Shown here piece by piece: positions 59,385 through 64,000 of a stretch of DNA of 64,000 nucleotides. The notes below the pieces were generated by a model. The model had not been told where the DNA came from. It made no database searches and saw nothing but the letters and a program-made list of their open reading frames with translations. Made by a program: the position numbers and the translations under genes. Numbering within the stretch: position 1 is the stretch's first letter; every line of letters begins with the position of its first letter. The stretch lies in contig NOWV01000002.1 of assembly GCA_003344405.1 (NCBI GenBank), positions 124,001 through 188,000 of the forward strand, in the 5' to 3' direction. Source of the DNA: Trichoplax sp. H2. Its lineage: Eukaryota.

Positions 59385-60885
59385 GATGATCTCTGGATCA
59401 TATGATACATGAAGAGAATGGCAACTACGCATGTGCAAGCCTGTCCACCGTCCGAAACTGCGCCTGGGTATTAGGACTTGTATGTGAGTTTCTCTTGCTC
59501 GTTCTCATATCGACCAACCCTACCAGTATTTTTATATATATGTCAGTAGAGAGCACAGAGAGTGTCTCAGGTAGGGGACCCTCTGCTGGTCTCTTTCCTC
59601 GAGGTTTTTATGACGCCTTTATCCAGGCAAACTAGGACAGAATATACCTAATCGTGCATGATCTTAGCGACATGATTAATCTACCTAAGGAGTGCTAACA
59701 ACACACTAGTATTTCCAAATCGGCTATTCGCTTGGTTTGGTTGGTTTATACGGCTGCCGACAGCTTTTTGGACTATTCGCCCATCACCAGCCTTTACCCC
59801 GTTTCGTTTCCCCACTTTCCATACTGTACACAGTAGACTCGAGTCTACTGTACAGTACAGTCTAGCTCACGATTCTCAGCCCTTAGTACAGTATGTACTG
59901 TAGTAGTCGTTGACCCCCTCCCCCTCCCCCCCGGTCAGGATGTTACAGTACGTCGACATTTGAGTGCATAGTACTGTACATTGTACACTGTACACTGTAC
60001 AGTTGGACTGGTGACGACGGTGAGGACCCAACTAGACCCAACTAGACCCAACCAGCCTCCAGAGAAACGACGTGGATTTGACGAACTGGTCCAGTGGCTC
60101 AAATTTCACTCTGCCTAGTGAAAAAAAGCAAATGCAAAATTGATCTTGCAACGCCGAACTGATTGCTCCTTTTAGCCTCTTTTCACGGCCAATACACAAG
60201 CCAATTACGGTCAACAATTCCATTGAGGATATTGCAGCTGGTAGGTCAAATTAGGCGTTGTTTGCATGTCAAATCCATCCGTATGTAGAGGATATCGATC
60301 ACTGCAAGAAGTCGCCTAGTCAGATGGACGTACTGTACTATACCGTAGACGTACCGAATACCATGACAACTGGGTCACCAATGAGCTTATTCTAACAGCT
60401 ATCCATCTCATAATCGTTATAGGAAATTCTTCACTTAATTTACACCTTTCTACAAGAGTTAATTAGACAACAATAATTCATATTACAAGAGTTTATAAGC
60501 ATAGGCAAACAATACTGTAGAGTATCGTCGATACGGAGGTAAAACAACGACGTTATTATTTCTAGGATAGCAATTAGTAACGGTATGAAAAGATCATTTT
60601 TCCTTCAACTTGGCTAGGAATGGATAAATTAATAAGGCAAAAATTTTATCTTTTATAGCTCTTTGCAGTATTATAAAATATCTATACAAGGTAAACAAGC
60701 AAGAAACAAAATAAAAGTGTACAATTGATTGAACGGTATATCAGGAGGATACAATCCATCAAATAATAACTCTATTTTTTCCACACTAAGCGCTCTCCTT
60801 CTAACACATTATAGATAGATTGGAAGTCCATCTTTTCACTATTCTTTGGAAATGGTGCATGTATCTAAAGTCCTGAAAAATAAAA
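59385..60885. promoter_or_regulatory. Head-to-head (probably bidirectional) promoter region of VPS35 and NEK11
   Basis: 1.5 kb between divergent start codons. It is locally GC/CpG-richer, with a C-rich tract at about 59914-59932, a perfect 22 bp palindrome at 59830-59851 and a 3x10 bp repeat at 60025-60054. Confidence 0.7.
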
Positions 60886-63913
<3,028 letters not shown>

Positions 63914-64000
63914 GTACATATTTTATAAATATTATTCAAACTATTCAAATCCTAAACTCTCCTATTCGGCCAATAATCAATTCACCCATTTCATTTATGG

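Noticed and set aside
59552..59696. Possible MITE bounded by AGCAC..CTCAGGTAG / CTACCTAAG..GTGCT
   Set aside because: The inverted match is short and gapped, no target-site duplication is evident and there is no second copy in the window.

Overview
AT-rich, intron-dense animal genomic DNA with mostly 70-130 bp introns. The style resembles a compact early-branching metazoan such as a placozoan, but the species is an inference. Six protein-coding genes can be supported: the 3' part of a CHD6/7/8/9-type chromatin remodeller (+, <1-7515), FoxC with an intronless CDS (-, 9563-11242), a two-exon FoxQ1 (+, 42300-43809), a two-exon FoxF (+, 49545-51761), a complete 17-exon VPS35 (-, 54163-59384) and the 5' part of a NEK11-like kinase (+, 60886->64000), which is head-to-head with VPS35. 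The main result is a physically linked FoxC-FoxQ1-FoxF forkhead cluster with no FoxL1 visible, wrapped around a 31 kb gene-free interval. FoxQ1 and FoxF share the same phase-0 intron inside the forkhead box. Other signals: a U12-type intron in VPS35, a U12-like branch point in NEK11, five local tandem-duplication families around FoxQ1/FoxF (two carrying repeated hairpins, one copying the FoxF C-terminus), palindromic TACAGTA/TACTGTA clusters at the VPS35/NEK11 promoter and at 39.6 kb, and a candidate antisense exon between FoxQ1 and FoxF. Exon boundaries were read by eye, and comparisons with vertebrate proteins are from memory, not from a database search.
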